The notes under the pieces: generated by a model
Seen by the model: the letters and a program-made list of their open reading frames with translations, nothing else
The model's database searches: none
Told to the model about the DNA's origin: nothing
In this document: one piece after another, positions 36,957-47,729 of the stretch
How positions within the stretch are numbered: the first letter of the stretch is position 1
Layout: each line of letters opens with the position of its first letter
IMG/VR virus record: IMGVR_UViG_3300032266_000694
Coordinates: 57 to 64,056 of that record
Length of the DNA: 64,000 bases
Strand: one strand, 5' to 3'
Source: a virus
Lineage: Duplodnaviria > Caudoviricetes
Position numbers and translations under genes: made by a program

Positions 36957-38042
36957 ATGACATTTGATGACGGACGGATGGGGCTTCCTAGTGCATCGAA
37001 GGCCGAGCGGTGGACAAACTGCGTCGGGTCGGTGCAGTTGGAAGAACTGATCCCAGACGCAGAGCAGGGACCAGAGGCAAGAAGAGGGGATCGGATTCAC
37101 CTCGCCTTGGCTGACGGAAAGGTCAATGACCTACCCAATGCCGACGAGGTGGAGTGTGCCGAGCTTTTGCAAGAGATGGAAAAGCAAGCCGTTGAGGCCT
37201 TCCGTCTTGAGGTCAAAGCCGTTGACGAAACCTTTAAGGGCAAGCTGACGGCCAGCAGGGAACAGCGACTTGTTTTGAAGCGTGGGGAAACCCCGCTGAT
37301 GACAGGGAAGCCCGACCTTGTTTTGTGGACGGATACCATCGTCAAGCGTGGGCTGATCGTAGACTACAAGACAGGGATGGGGATCGTTCCAACCGAGAAA
37401 AGCCACCAGCTTCGGGTGTTGGCATTCTTGGCGGCGGACGAATACGGACTCGAGGAGGTCTATGTGACTATCCTCCAGCCGAACAACCCAATCGTCTTGC
37501 AGAAGATGACTCGGTCAGAGATCCGACTTGAGCGGGAACGCACCTTGTTGGCCTTGGACAGGATCGCAGATAAGTCTGCCTTCCGCCAAGTTGGTCCTTG
37601 GTGTCAGTACTGCAAAGCCACAGGGATATGCCCAGAGGCACAGGAAGCCACCAAGACCCTCACGACCACAAGCTCGACAGCGGTTATCGACCCCAGCCAG
37701 CTACCAAGGCTTCTGGAGGTCTGCACCCTTGCCGAGAGCGTAATTGAGAATGTTCGCAAGCGGGCAAGGGAGATCCTCGACGCTGGAGGCGAGATTTCTG
37801 GTTGGAAGTTAATCAACAGCAAGCGGAGATCCATCACCAGCTCTGCCTCTGCCTATCACCTCATCAAAGAGGCGTTTGGCGAAGAAGTAGCGATGGGGGC
37901 TTCCTCTGTTTCGTTGACTGATGCGACAAGGAGCTTGGCGTCTAAGGCGGGCCTCAAGGAGAAGGAGGCCAAGGCAAAAATCGAGTCGGTGCTTGCCGAC
38001 ATCATTGAAATGAAAAATTCACAACGACTGATGAGGTCGTAA
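36957..38042 (+). CDS. PD-(D/E)XK exonuclease (DUF2800/Cas4-like)
   Basis: SASKAERWTNC.GS, G.RIH, TGKPDLV, IVDYKTG, HQL..LA, WCQYCKA...CP. Confidence 0.88.
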   Translation: MTFDDGRMGLPSASKAERWTNCVGSVQLEELIPDAEQGPEARRGDRIHLALADGKVNDLPNADEVECAELLQEMEKQAVEAFRLEVKAVDETFKGKLTASREQRLVLKRGETPLMTGKPDLVLWTDTIVKRGLIVDYKTGMGIVPTEKSHQLRVLAFLAADEYGLEEVYVTILQPNNPIVLQKMTRSEIRLERERTLLALDRIADKSAFRQVGPWCQYCKATGICPEAQEATKTLTTTSSTAVIDPSQLPRLLEVCTLAESVIENVRKRAREILDAGGEISGWKLINSKRRSITSSASAYHLIKEAFGEEVAMGASSVSLTDATRSLASKAGLKEKEAKAKIESVLADIIEMKNSQRLMRS

Positions 38043-38050
38043 GGAGAAAT

Positions 38051-39016
38051 ATGGAAACCATATACGAAAAGATTAAGACACTTGTGGCTGGCTCTGAGGT
38101 CAGCCTCTTGAACGAGCAGATCTGGCAACAGCACAAAACGATTATGTCCCTTGAGGAGCGGGTAAGTGCATTTGAGCGAATGATGCACGCCTACACAAAG
38201 GTCACGATGGATCTGGCTAAAGAGTTGAAGTTTGTCGTTGCACAGCACAGCAGGGTCACTTCCTACAGAAAAACGAGTACTGGTAGGTATGGTCGCTCTG
38301 CTGGAGAGGTGGCAAAACGCTGGGCTGAATGGAAGTCTATGGAAGAAGGCGGGATGTCAACATTCCACATCGCCAGACTATTCAAGGTTCGTAGGGAATC
38401 CGTGGACTACGCAAAGAGAAAAGGCTACTCAAACACAAAAACTTCAATTCCAGCAAGCCTCATTGGTCACGAGCTTGTTGCCCTTCCTCCTACCCGCAAG
38501 GGTCATCGCAAACACAACAGGATTCACATGAGGCTGGCGGCGTGAAGGCAGACGAAAAGGCAATCAAGGCTCTTTCGAGCCTAAAGGAATCCAACGCCAC
38601 CTATCTGGTGTTGGTCGAGTTCCAAGAAAGCCCAGATGTGTTTGTCGACAGCCGTGGAGATCAGACGAAAGGACAGCGAAGCAAGTTCATGCAAGCCCTG
38701 TACCACCATTGGTCTGGGCAACCCAAAGCAAAGGAGAAAGACGATGAATAGGCCTCAAAAGACCAAACCCGAACAAGTAATTGGATCTGCACGCAAGCAA
38801 ACCAATTTCTGGCAGAACGTGGTTGCCCTGTACGCCTTTCGATATGGGGCGATGGAGATCACCGAGGAGTGTGCTTTTGAAGTGCTAAAAAGCACTGAGC
38901 AAGCCGTGGTGGATCTGGATAGGACAGGGGAAAACCTCGTTGTCTCTCTTCGGGGCAACAAGCGGAGTGTTTTGGACAAGCTGAAAGCGTGCTGGCAAAC
39001 ATGGAATTCAAGCTAA
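38051..39016 (+). CDS. HTH protein (38051-38545) and two small hypothetical genes
   Basis: GMSTFHIARLFKVRRESVDYAKRK HTH; coupled downstream ORFs. Confidence 0.6.
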
Positions 39017-39399
39017 ACATCGAACCCAAGACGATTCAGTCTGGTCTCCGCTTCTCTAGCAAGGGCGGTAGGCCAAGGGTGTTCCGTGACTCTTCTTCCA
39101 AGGCTTATGTGCGGGAGCTGATCTTTGCTTCCAAACAATACGCCAAGGAGCAGATCCAAGGGCCACTCCGTTGCGATGTTACTTTTGTACTAAGGCGACC
39201 CCAAAGGCTTAAGGCTAATGGCCGTCAGCCAGCTCCAGTCCGTCCAGACAGGGACAACTTACTTAAACCACTACAGGACGCACTTACACAGGCGATGTTC
39301 TGGGTGGATGACAGCCAGATCGTTGCTGGCGAAACCTTAAAACTATATGCGGGGAAGACAGAAAAGCCCTGCATCGAAGTAAAGATTACAAAACTATGA
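39001..39399 (+). CDS. rusA: RusA-family Holliday junction resolvase
   Basis: RPDRDNLLKPLQDALT...WVDDSQIV. Confidence 0.92.
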   Translation: MEFKLNIEPKTIQSGLRFSSKGGRPRVFRDSSSKAYVRELIFASKQYAKEQIQGPLRCDVTFVLRRPQRLKANGRQPAPVRPDRDNLLKPLQDALTQAMFWVDDSQIVAGETLKLYAGKTEKPCIEVKITKL

Positions 39400-40184
39400 A
39401 ACTACCTTGGATTAAATTCTTCCCATCCGACTGGCTTTCCGACGAAAGCCTTCGCTCTTGCTCGATTGGGGCAAGGGGTCTCTGGATGGATCTACTGGCA
39501 ATGATGGCAAAGTCGAATACCCACGGATTCTTGCTGATAGGTGGAACCCCAGCATCCGTGGAGCAAATAGCTCGGATTGTTGGAGAGGATTCCCAGACCA
39601 CCAGGAAGTTGCTTGAGGAGCTTGAGGCCAATGGAGTTTTCAGCAGGGACGAAAAGAATGTCGTTTTTTCAAGGAGAATGCGGAGGGATGAAGCTGTAAG
39701 GGAGTCGGATCGGGAACGCCAGATCCGCCACAGATCCAAAGATGCTGAATGTCCCCAAAGGGACATATCCCCAAAGAGTAGCAAGCCTACTCGTGAAGAG
39801 TGGCTTGAGTACGCAAATACCATCAAGGGCTGGAATGCTGGGGATGCGGAGAAGGCTTTTGACTACTACGAAGCCAACGGCTGGAAGCTAGGTGGTCGTA
39901 GTGCTGTCCTAGACTGGAAAGCCTGTGCTAGGAACTGCGCCCGCCGTTCGGATTCAAATGACGTAAGGCCGAAGATTCAAGGCAAGCCAGTCCAAAAGTC
40001 TTCGTGCGATAGCCCTCGGCCAGACCCTATTGACTACAACTCCGTGGATGTGGTCGTTGGCCTAATCGGAACTGCAGTAAGAGAAAGACTTAGTTTAGCG
40101 ATGCTCCAAGCGTCAACCCCCAAGGCTGTCTGGGAAAAAGCATTCCAGATGGCGAAAAGTAAGGAGGCCGTATGCCAACGCTAA
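39396..40184 (+). CDS. Phage replication initiator (replisome-organiser/lambda-O-like)
   Basis: PWIKFFPSDWLSD..LR.CS..ARGLWMDLL..M wHTH; C-terminal PT.EE...FDYYEANGWK.G....DWKA. Confidence 0.85.
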   Translation: MKLPWIKFFPSDWLSDESLRSCSIGARGLWMDLLAMMAKSNTHGFLLIGGTPASVEQIARIVGEDSQTTRKLLEELEANGVFSRDEKNVVFSRRMRRDEAVRESDRERQIRHRSKDAECPQRDISPKSSKPTREEWLEYANTIKGWNAGDAEKAFDYYEANGWKLGGRSAVLDWKACARNCARRSDSNDVRPKIQGKPVQKSSCDSPRPDPIDYNSVDVVVGLIGTAVRERLSLAMLQASTPKAVWEKAFQMAKSKEAVCQR

Positions 40185-40576
40185 CAACCAGAGAAAAAGT
40201 ATCCGAACTATCCAAGAAGAAGACTGAGTGGCTCGAAAACGAGCTGAACTCCCCAGATATGCAGAAGACCATTCTGTCTGTGTTAAAGGAGGGTCTGGGG
40301 GCAACCAAGTTTCAATGGGACGGACAAAGGCAACAGGCCGACGAGGTCGTGGATTTCCCAACCCGCCTCAAGTCTTGCGAACTGGCATTGGCCTACGCCA
40401 TCGGACGCCCGATGGAACGCCAGCAGATTATGGTCGCCCATCAACAGATCAAGGATCCCGCAGAGCTGGTGAAAGGATCGCCAGCACTCAAGGAAGCACT
40501 TCGCGAGTTACTCGATGAGAAAGAAGAAACCCACACCATAAAGTCACAAAACATAAAAGAGGTCACAAAACAATGA
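40172..40576 (+). CDS. Possible terminase small subunit
   Basis: D..TRLKSCELALAYAIGRP...Q motif resembles small-terminase oligomerisation helices. Confidence 0.4.
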   Translation: MPTLTTREKVSELSKKKTEWLENELNSPDMQKTILSVLKEGLGATKFQWDGQRQQADEVVDFPTRLKSCELALAYAIGRPMERQQIMVAHQQIKDPAELVKGSPALKEALRELLDEKEETHTIKSQNIKEVTKQ

Positions 40577-40887
40577 TAAGCCAACAAGATCTAACCACAG
40601 GAATGGTCGCGGCCCTCGGGTTGCGAGTAAAGAAGGTGGAGGAACGAGTCGAAGTCCTTGAGGGTAAGCGTCTCGTAAAGCCCACCGAAACCGATGACGA
40701 TCAACTTGAGAAGGAATGCCAGAATGTTGGCGTTTCGATGGACATCGTCCTACGCCACGACCGATATGGCGTTGGAGCTGATGCCCGATACCAAGTCGCT
40801 CGCAATTTAAGCAAGCTGGGCTGGGACACCCGAAGGATCTCTAGGGTTCTTCGTCGTTCAGTTCGCTCAATCCAGAGGATGATATGA
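40573..40887 (+). CDS. HTH protein (DnaA C-terminal-like)
   Basis: DARYQVARNLSKLGWDTRRISRVLRRSVRSI. Confidence 0.55.
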   Translation: MISQQDLTTGMVAALGLRVKKVEERVEVLEGKRLVKPTETDDDQLEKECQNVGVSMDIVLRHDRYGVGADARYQVARNLSKLGWDTRRISRVLRRSVRSIQRMI

Positions 40888-41255
40888 AGTCAGTAGGGGA
40901 CAAGCGAAGGAGAAAGGCGACTAACGCTAGGAAGCGCAAGAAAAACTACGCATGGGTTTGGGAGCTTAGAGCCAACACTCCGTGCAAGGATTGTGGGAGA
41001 AAGTATCACCCTGTGATGATGGAGTTCGACCATAGAGTTCCTATGGAAAAAACAGCTTTAGTTTCAGCTCTAATGAACTTTTCGCGAGATCGCATAATGG
41101 AAGAAATCAATAAATGCGATCTGGTCTGCTCGAACTGCCATCAATACAGGACATACACACGAGGCCAGCACAAATTGGCATTTATGGGGAAGCGTCTTGG
41201 CGAGGATACATTCACAACCTCTGGGAACCTTCAACTGGAGCTATCTTATGACTGA
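40884..41255 (+). CDS. HNH endonuclease
   Basis: PCKDCG...MEFDH...EINKCDLVCSNCH. Confidence 0.85.
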   Translation: MKSVGDKRRRKATNARKRKKNYAWVWELRANTPCKDCGRKYHPVMMEFDHRVPMEKTALVSALMNFSRDRIMEEINKCDLVCSNCHQYRTYTRGQHKLAFMGKRLGEDTFTTSGNLQLELSYD

Positions 41256-42985
41256 ACCACTCCAAGCCTTAGACTTTATCCGAGACAACGCCTTGCCGTT
41301 GGCACAGGCCAAGGCCAACCGCATCTATCTGGAGGAATTCAGAAAGACCAAGAAGGCCATCTTGATGCGGGACGCCAGCGACGAGGGGATGGTCACAATC
41401 GCCGCCCAGGAGCGAGAGGCCTATTCCCACGAGGAGTACCAGAAGCTGTTGCTTGGATTGAAGGAAGCCGTCCAAGAAGAGGAGCGTCTTCGTTGGCTGA
41501 TGATTGCCGCTCAAGCCAAGATCGAGGTCTGGCGGTCGTTTGAGTCATCCAAGCGGGCGGAGATGCGACTATGAGCGTGAAGAGATTTTCTAGGCTATTG
41601 GACAGCCTTGACCATGGGAACAGGCTTTTGCGTGCAATATCCAAGACAGCTCCTACGCCTATGGTTTACTCGATCCAGCAATGCCTAACCCATTACGAAG
41701 CCGTAACCCTAATGGCAAAAGAGTCGCTTGAGCTTGCCAAGAGGCACAAGGCCAAGGCTCTGGAGGAACGGATGTGATCGTTGTCCGTTTAGAGAAGTAC
41801 GAGGCCGAGGTGGCTGTCCTTGTGGGGTCGGCTAGGAACAAGTCTGCTCTAAACAAAGAATCTCGAGATGTATACCCAGTTAACCCTGTTATGTCTTGGG
41901 GTCAGCACGTCGAGGCCGCAGGGGCTGAGATGGCGGTGGCAAAGTATCTCGGGCTATACTGGGACGGATCTGTGGACACATACCGATCGGGTAGCGGGGA
42001 TCTACCTTACACCCAGATTGACGTTAAGCACTCACAGGACGGCAAGTGGAAAGTCAAGGATCGTGATGAAGGAGAGCTGATTCTTGTTAAGGGAGTCATG
42101 CCCGAATACACGATTGAGGCCTACTGCATCACGGATGAGGTAAAGAGGGCTTCTGACCCCTGCAAGATGGGCGAATCTAAGCTCTGGTTTATTTCGGACA
42201 GGGTAAAGAGAAAGGATCTTGAAGGCCTAAAGAAGACTCTTTGGAGGAGGGCATTTGACGCACGGCAAGCGTCTCCGCCCTGTGAGGTCAAATGAGGGCT
42301 TTAGCTTGGACTCTCTATTGGATTGGGGACTTCATATCCAACACCATCCTGCGGTTTGGTTGGGGCTACAGGATTTACAACAAGGTTATGACTTGGTCTT
42401 TGAGGTTCGATAAGAACGACGAGATCTGGAAGAGGGTCAAATGACCAGCTATCTGCCAAGCCCTCGCTGGGTTCAGACTCCGCTCGGACAGGCTCTATGG
42501 ATTGCCACCATCGACTACGGCATCTCCCATAACCCTATTTACTTGGTCGAGATCTGCTCAACAGGGGAACACCGATGCGTGGACATGAGGGAGATTCGTG
42601 GGATGGAGAATTACACTTTTGATATCAATAGGCCAGAGATGGCCAGAAAGAGAGACGAGTGGCTATGAAAGACATGACAGAAGACACGAAACACGTTCCA
42701 TCCATTGCCGAGATGGCTAGTGCGGCCGCCGAGATAACTTGGAGAATTATGAGTAACGGGTCGGCTAAGTCGGCTTATGGCGAATGGCTACATAAGGATA
42801 AGCCCACCTACGATTACCATATTTGCAGGGCAATCAAACACGCTGTAACTGCCCAGCAACAGATCCACCTCAACGAACCCCAGCCCGACAATAATGGCGA
42901 GACAGCCATTGACCACCTTGAGAGAACTATCGTTCGTGGTCTCTTTGCTTGGTTTCAGCTCAAGAGGAAAATGCCTAGACTATGA
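41248..42985 (+). CDS. Nin-like run of small genes (41248-41574 coiled-coil, 41571-41777, 41774-42295 PD-(D/E)XK-like, 42441-42668, 42665-42985)
   Basis: Mostly coupled ORFs. 41774-42295 has AE.AVAKYL...D....IDVK. Confidence 0.6.
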
Positions 42986-44040
42986 AGGTTTATATCTGGG
43001 GCTATCTGCATCAATGCGGTGGGGCGGGACCCGAAACAGGACACGCAATCGAGCTATTCCGAGACAACGGAGTCGAGGTCACTTGTGTTGTTCCACAGGG
43101 AACAGATGTCCTTTCAACCCACGAGCCTAGAAGGCGGTACTTGGATTCTCTAGGGGTAGCCACGGAAGCATATAGTCCTGGTATGTTCAACGACCAGAAT
43201 GTCTGGTGCTGGTGTGAGGACAGCATTTTTGAGTATCTGGCTAGGCACGAAGAGACTCCTCGGCAAGTTGTGTACTGGCCCTGTATGAATGTTCTTCGGG
43301 ACAAGGAGCTAGTAGGCATAGCCAAGACAAAGAATCTAAAGATACTTTGCCAGTCGAACTACCAGCTTGGGGAGCTTGCTAAACGCCTAAACGAAGTAGG
43401 GCTTTCTGCGGATCTCCAGCACGTTTTCCCCTTCTTCAACATTGATAGTAGATGGGGAAGGTTAAGGTTTTCCAATAAGTCCCTAGATACTCTCAATGTA
43501 TTAAGAATTGGCAGGGACGATGAACCCTTCAAATACCCAAGGGATATGTGGGATCTGTTCTACAAGGTGACAGCTCCTGTCGGGGTCACAACAAGACTGA
43601 ATGTCATTGGATGGGGCAGGGAGGGGGAGGCTCTCTTGGGTGATGTGGGCAAAGAAGGGCATCCCTATCACGGCAGAATCAACGCCGAGCTTATCCCCCA
43701 TATCTACAGCCCAGCGACTTTGGCTAACTACTTCCGAGACGCCCACGCTTTATTGATGTGGTATCCAGTACATGAAAATGCCCCCAGAGTCCTTTTTGAG
43801 GCAATTACCAGCGGAGCTGTTGTGGTAGGAGCATCCCACGGAGGCATCCCAGAGTTCGTTAGAGACCAAGAGACTGGCTTTCTGGTCTCAAGCAATGATG
43901 AGGCCTCTCACAGGCTTTCACAGCTTGCCTTTAATCCAAACAAAACAACCCGAATGGCTGAAAATGCCTACGACAATCTCAAGAAGGGGATTGGATGCCC
44001 GAAGTGTGCCTTTGCTAGGTTTAGTGCGGAGTTCCGATGA
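42982..44040 (+). CDS. Glycosyltransferase, GT4/GT-B fold
   Basis: N-terminal GGAG.E; C-terminal ENAPRVLFEAITSGAVVVGASHGGIPEFV.DQETGFLV. Confidence 0.88.
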   Translation: MKVYIWGYLHQCGGAGPETGHAIELFRDNGVEVTCVVPQGTDVLSTHEPRRRYLDSLGVATEAYSPGMFNDQNVWCWCEDSIFEYLARHEETPRQVVYWPCMNVLRDKELVGIAKTKNLKILCQSNYQLGELAKRLNEVGLSADLQHVFPFFNIDSRWGRLRFSNKSLDTLNVLRIGRDDEPFKYPRDMWDLFYKVTAPVGVTTRLNVIGWGREGEALLGDVGKEGHPYHGRINAELIPHIYSPATLANYFRDAHALLMWYPVHENAPRVLFEAITSGAVVVGASHGGIPEFVRDQETGFLVSSNDEASHRLSQLAFNPNKTTRMAENAYDNLKKGIGCPKCAFARFSAEFR

Positions 44041-44303
44041 AAAGCGAGTGGGCTGTAGCCTTACAGAAACATTTAAGGGAGAAAGTTGAGCCACCTCCCG
44101 CTGGGTGGAAGTCGGTCAAGCAGATCTCCGAAGAGCTTGGCAAATCAGCTTGCCACACCAGCAAGGTAATCAAAAAGATGATTAAGCTTGGTCTTGCCGA
44201 AACAAAGAGCTACCGATGCTTAATGTCTGAAAATGGTAAAAAAGCACCTTACGGCAGAATGATTCCGCACTACCGCCTGTTGCCAAAGGCTAAATCTCCT
44301 TAA
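44037..44303 (+). CDS. Winged-HTH protein
   Basis: PPAGWKSVKQISEELGKS...I..M.KLG....PHYRL. Confidence 0.6.
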   Translation: MKSEWAVALQKHLREKVEPPPAGWKSVKQISEELGKSACHTSKVIKKMIKLGLAETKSYRCLMSENGKKAPYGRMIPHYRLLPKAKSP

Positions 44304-45036
44304 AATCCATCGGCAATATCCACTTCCCAGAGATCTGCCTAGCTTGGTAGACGGCGAAACTACCATCGTCAAAGATAAGTCCGTAGATCCAGCCATTCTC
44401 GTGGTTTAGCGTCCCCAGCATCGAGCGGTTGTACTCGTAGTCTAGCTGACATAAGCATCCAGCCACCCAGCCTTGTTTGGGAACAAGCCCCTCGACAGAT
44501 ACGGATTGGATGGTGTGGGTATGTCCCATAATGACATTTTCTCCATAGCTCTGAAGGGTTTTGCGTAGGGCGTAGACCCCAGCGGCATATCCGTGAAGGA
44601 AGCAAAGGCGACCCTCCCTGTGGATCCCAAGTCTTTTTGAGTAGGGGTAGGTTTTAATCCCAAGGGTCTTACATAGATCGTCCAGCTCTTGGACTCCTTT
44701 AATCGCCGCATCTCGCTTTAGTCCGTCCGATTCGCTTTCGGCCACATCCCATAGTCGCTGACAATGATTTCCACGAAGCCAGACCTTTGTGCCTTTGCCA
44801 TCCATCCATTTACTCAAGAACTCGATCCCACAGGCTACGTCATCTGAAAGGCTTTCTGCCTGTTCTGCCTTGTCGGCCTTCTTCCTCAACCCACGAAAAT
44901 CAAAGAGGTCTCCGCCCATTATTTTGATATCGGGTCGGAATGCCTCAGAAAACTGAAAAAACTTCTTTGTCACAGCTCTATCTTGCATGTCTCCGTGGAG
45001 GTCGAACCCAGCCATGAACTTTTGGTACTTTTTCAT
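44290..45036 (-). CDS. Calcineurin-like metallophosphoesterase
   Basis: DLH, GGDLFD, GNH, FLHG and GHTH motifs. Confidence 0.9.
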   Translation of the reverse strand: MKKYQKFMAGFDLHGDMQDRAVTKKFFQFSEAFRPDIKIMGGDLFDFRGLRKKADKAEQAESLSDDVACGIEFLSKWMDGKGTKVWLRGNHCQRLWDVAESESDGLKRDAAIKGVQELDDLCKTLGIKTYPYSKRLGIHREGRLCFLHGYAAGVYALRKTLQSYGENVIMGHTHTIQSVSVEGLVPKQGWVAGCLCQLDYEYNRSMLGTLNHENGWIYGLIFDDGSFAVYQARQISGKWILPMDFKEI

Positions 45037-45223
45037 CGGTAGTAGTTGTCGTCCTTTTGAGGCTCAAAACGATCGTCGTATCCGTCTCTATCTTTATCCT
45101 TAAAATCCCACGGAGTCCGAGTACCAGGACGCTTGCTCCACAGCCAACGAGAGAAGGATGACCTCTCTTCTTCGGGTTTTCTTTCAACCCACAGCTCGAT
45201 TAACCCTTTAATAAATTGGGCTA

Positions 45224-45751
45224 TCATTTCAGCCAATCTCGGCACAGGAGCGTCCGCATCGACCTTTTCCTTCGGTATACGCCGTCACCCCCGCCAGCTC
45301 CCCGATCCCCAGCCGAGTTGGTATTACCCTCGATTGTGGTCGCAAACCCATTCTCCGTTCGCTCAATCAGTCCTGTATGGGCTACACGCCCAAGGGAACT
45401 AAAGTAGATCCCGAAGACGGAAGCAGGGGGTGAATAGGAGACTCTCTTGCCACCAACTACCCACGACGGACTCCATCCTGTTTGTGGTACAAGATTGCCA
45501 TACCCAGCTTCACGAAAGACATAGTAGTTAAAAGCGGCACACCAAGGATTTCCTGGTTCAAGTCCAACCGATGAGAGGATAATGTCTACCTCTGGGCCTG
45601 TATTCACTCCCCATTCCCTTACTCCAATCATCTTTCTGGCTTGCACAAGGACGCATCCTCGGTCATCAGCAAAAGACAGGAATGGGATTAGGATTAACGC
45701 CAGCCAAGAAGGCATACCACGGCTCCTATGAAAAGGACGCACCATAGGCAA
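45224..45751 (-). CDS. CHAP/NlpC-type endolysin
   Basis: IGVRE...PWCAAF...VAHTGLI...TIEGNT; hydrophobic N-terminus; start uncertain. Confidence 0.88.
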   Translation of the reverse strand: MPMVRPFHRSRGMPSWLALILIPFLSFADDRGCVLVQARKMIGVREWGVNTGPEVDIILSSVGLEPGNPWCAAFNYYVFREAGYGNLVPQTGWSPSWVVGGKRVSYSPPASVFGIYFSSLGRVAHTGLIERTENGFATTIEGNTNSAGDRGAGGGDGVYRRKRSMRTLLCRDWLK

Positions 45752-46044
45752 AGCACAATGACGAGGCGAGTTGTTCTGCTGGTGGCTCTCCAGTCCTGTA
45801 GCCAGCTCAAGGTATCAATATACTCATTGATTGAGGGCCACTCCATTTGCACTACAAACCACGCCAGCCATACCGCTAATAGGTAGGCAGAAGCCCCAAG
45901 GATTAAACCATGCAGGGATCCTCGGTCATACGTCCCAGCCGATGGATCAAACTGCTGGATCAGCGGGGCGGCCGACCAAAACACAATTATGGCTATACAA
46001 AACGACCCAAGACCTTGGAACTTGGAAAGGAACTTCTTCACCAA
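45694..46044 (-). CDS. Holin-like multi-TM membrane protein
   Basis: Three hydrophobic segments; directly upstream of the endolysin. Confidence 0.6.
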   Translation of the reverse strand: MVKKFLSKFQGLGSFCIAIIVFWSAAPLIQQFDPSAGTYDRGSLHGLILGASAYLLAVWLAWFVVQMEWPSINEYIDTLSWLQDWRATSRTTRLVIVLCLWCVLFIGAVVCLLGWR

Positions 46045-46434
46045 GGGATCCCTACGAACTTTCTAGCCACAAACATAATACCACCAAATATGACCCCTCT
46101 AAACATCCATAGCCCTAAAGCGATAAGCGCACCTCGATAGATCCAAAGCTCCTTCAAGGCCTTCCGCTGTTTATCCTTCCAGACCCCAGCATTCTTAATG
46201 GCCTCGTTCTTCTCTTTGACGGCCTCGTCCAGATCCACGGAGGTCTGCTTACAGGCCTGTACGGCACTCTCTAGCTGTGCCTTGGCTACAACTAGGTGCT
46301 TCTTGGCCTCTGGGTTGGCGACAGCGATTGCCTCGTCGATACGAGCTTCCGCTACAGAAAAGTCAGCCGACTGCCGAGGTGTTGAACACCCGCAAAGCAA
46401 TACAACTAAAAAGATTAAGTACATGTGCATGGTG
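46038..46434 (-). CDS. Lipoprotein with coiled coil and C-terminal TM (unimolecular spanin-like)
   Basis: Lipobox LLCGC, helical middle, hydrophobic C-terminus; lies in the lysis module. Confidence 0.55.
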
Positions 46435-47038
46435 TTACAGGAAGATTTGCGAGATTGAGCTGTCCTTGGCCACCCCAAGTTCCCTCTTCCTCATCAAAAG
46501 TCCTAGAAGCTCGGTCATTCCCCTCTGCGTGTCTCTCAAGTTGCCTAGATTGACCTTTCTTTGTGTCGGATTGCCATTGCCCGCTCTGTTGCTGTTTCTT
46601 GTCGCTATCTTGAGAAGATTCAACGGAACCCGCCTTGCCGTTCCGCTTGTCTCCCTCTTGGGTATTTTGGGATTCTTGACTGATTTCTTTAGTGAGTTCC
46701 GCTTGACCTTCTCTTGATGTTTCGTTGTTTTGAGACAAGTTTCCGCTGGATGTGCGAGAGATTGCCCTAGCAGATTCGATAGATGCGTTTAGGCTCTTCT
46801 GGGACTCCGAAGTAACCTCGGAAGAATTATCTGAATCGCTTGAGACAACGTTTCTTGTGAGGCCTTGGTGAGCCGATGTGACCATAATCTCGAAATCTAT
46901 TTTTTCTGGCAGATCGACCATCACTCCATTTAAGGGGTTTGCCTGTGTTGCATTTCGCGAGTTGGCAATCCCTCTTCTTACTTCAAACAGGGAATCACGG
47001 ATAAATGTATCGAGATCGGAAAGATCAACGATTGTCAT
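46415..47038 (-). CDS. Trypco2-like N-half protein with long polar Pro-free tail
   Basis: DLDTFIRDSLFEVRRGI...DLPEKIDFEIMVT; paralog of 47730-48320. Confidence 0.6.
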   Translation of the reverse strand: MTIVDLSDLDTFIRDSLFEVRRGIANSRNATQANPLNGVMVDLPEKIDFEIMVTSAHQGLTRNVVSSDSDNSSEVTSESQKSLNASIESARAISRTSSGNLSQNNETSREGQAELTKEISQESQNTQEGDKRNGKAGSVESSQDSDKKQQQSGQWQSDTKKGQSRQLERHAEGNDRASRTFDEEEGTWGGQGQLNLANLPVTPCTCT

Positions 47039-47286
47039 CTGTTCCTCCAGTTTATCGCCGCCTCAACAGCAAATCCAACTAGCGACCCAACTGCAGATGC
47101 GGCTAAAATAAAGAACTTCTTGAAGCCCTCAAGTGCGTTGACCCTGTTGGCAAGATCCCCGAAGCTCGAAAAACTCTTCTCCATGACATCCTTAATCTCT
47201 GTTACATCCTTGGACATGGAGATCATGCGTTCTTCCATTCTTGCCATACGCTCCGACATAAACTCACGATGTTCGGATCGGCTCAT
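47035..47286 (-). CDS. Coiled-coil plus TM small protein (holin/haemolysin XhlA-like)
   Basis: ERMARMEERM...RVNALEGFK followed by one TM helix. Confidence 0.6.
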   Translation of the reverse strand: MSRSEHREFMSERMARMEERMISMSKDVTEIKDVMEKSFSSFGDLANRVNALEGFKKFFILAASAVGSLVGFAVEAAINWRNR

Positions 47287-47720
47287 GAGACATCTCCTGG
47301 GTATTGGACAACAATCGGCACGCTGAACCGAATGACACAACCGATATCGTCCTTCTGAGTTTCAATTCTGCTAGAGATTCCAGAGCGACTCGTGCTGGAG
47401 GACTGGGATGAGCTGGTGGACGAAGATCCACTAGAGGACTGACTCGAGCTTGAGCTTCCAGAAGTCGAGGAGCTTGAGGAACTACTTCGGCTTGTCGAAG
47501 AACTTGAGCTATTCGAGCTAGATCGGCTACTGCTACTGCTGGAGGAGGAGGAACGACTACTGCTTGAGCTGTTCGAGGAGGATCGACTAGAGCTATTACT
47601 ACTGGACGAACTAGAAGATCCGCTTGACGAATTGCTTGAAGACGAAGAATTCGACGAGGATACGCTCGCAGAATTGTTGGCAACGGATGTATTCTGTGTG
47701 TCTACTAATGAGTATCCCAT
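47283..47720 (-). CDS. Poly-serine protein with Trypco2-like C-terminal strand
   Basis: SD TAAGGAGG; 94-residue Ser tract with mixed codons; ends VIRFSVPIVVQYP. Confidence 0.75.
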   Translation of the reverse strand: MGYSLVDTQNTSVANNSASVSSSNSSSSSNSSSGSSSSSSSNSSSRSSSNSSSSSRSSSSSSSSSRSSSNSSSSSTSRSSSSSSSTSGSSSSSQSSSGSSSTSSSQSSSTSRSGISSRIETQKDDIGCVIRFSVPIVVQYPGDVS

Positions 47721-47729
47721 AAAGCCTCC

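Noticed and set aside
36957-38042. Cas4 as evidence of a CRISPR system
   Set aside because: Stand-alone phage exonuclease in a recombination module; no array found.
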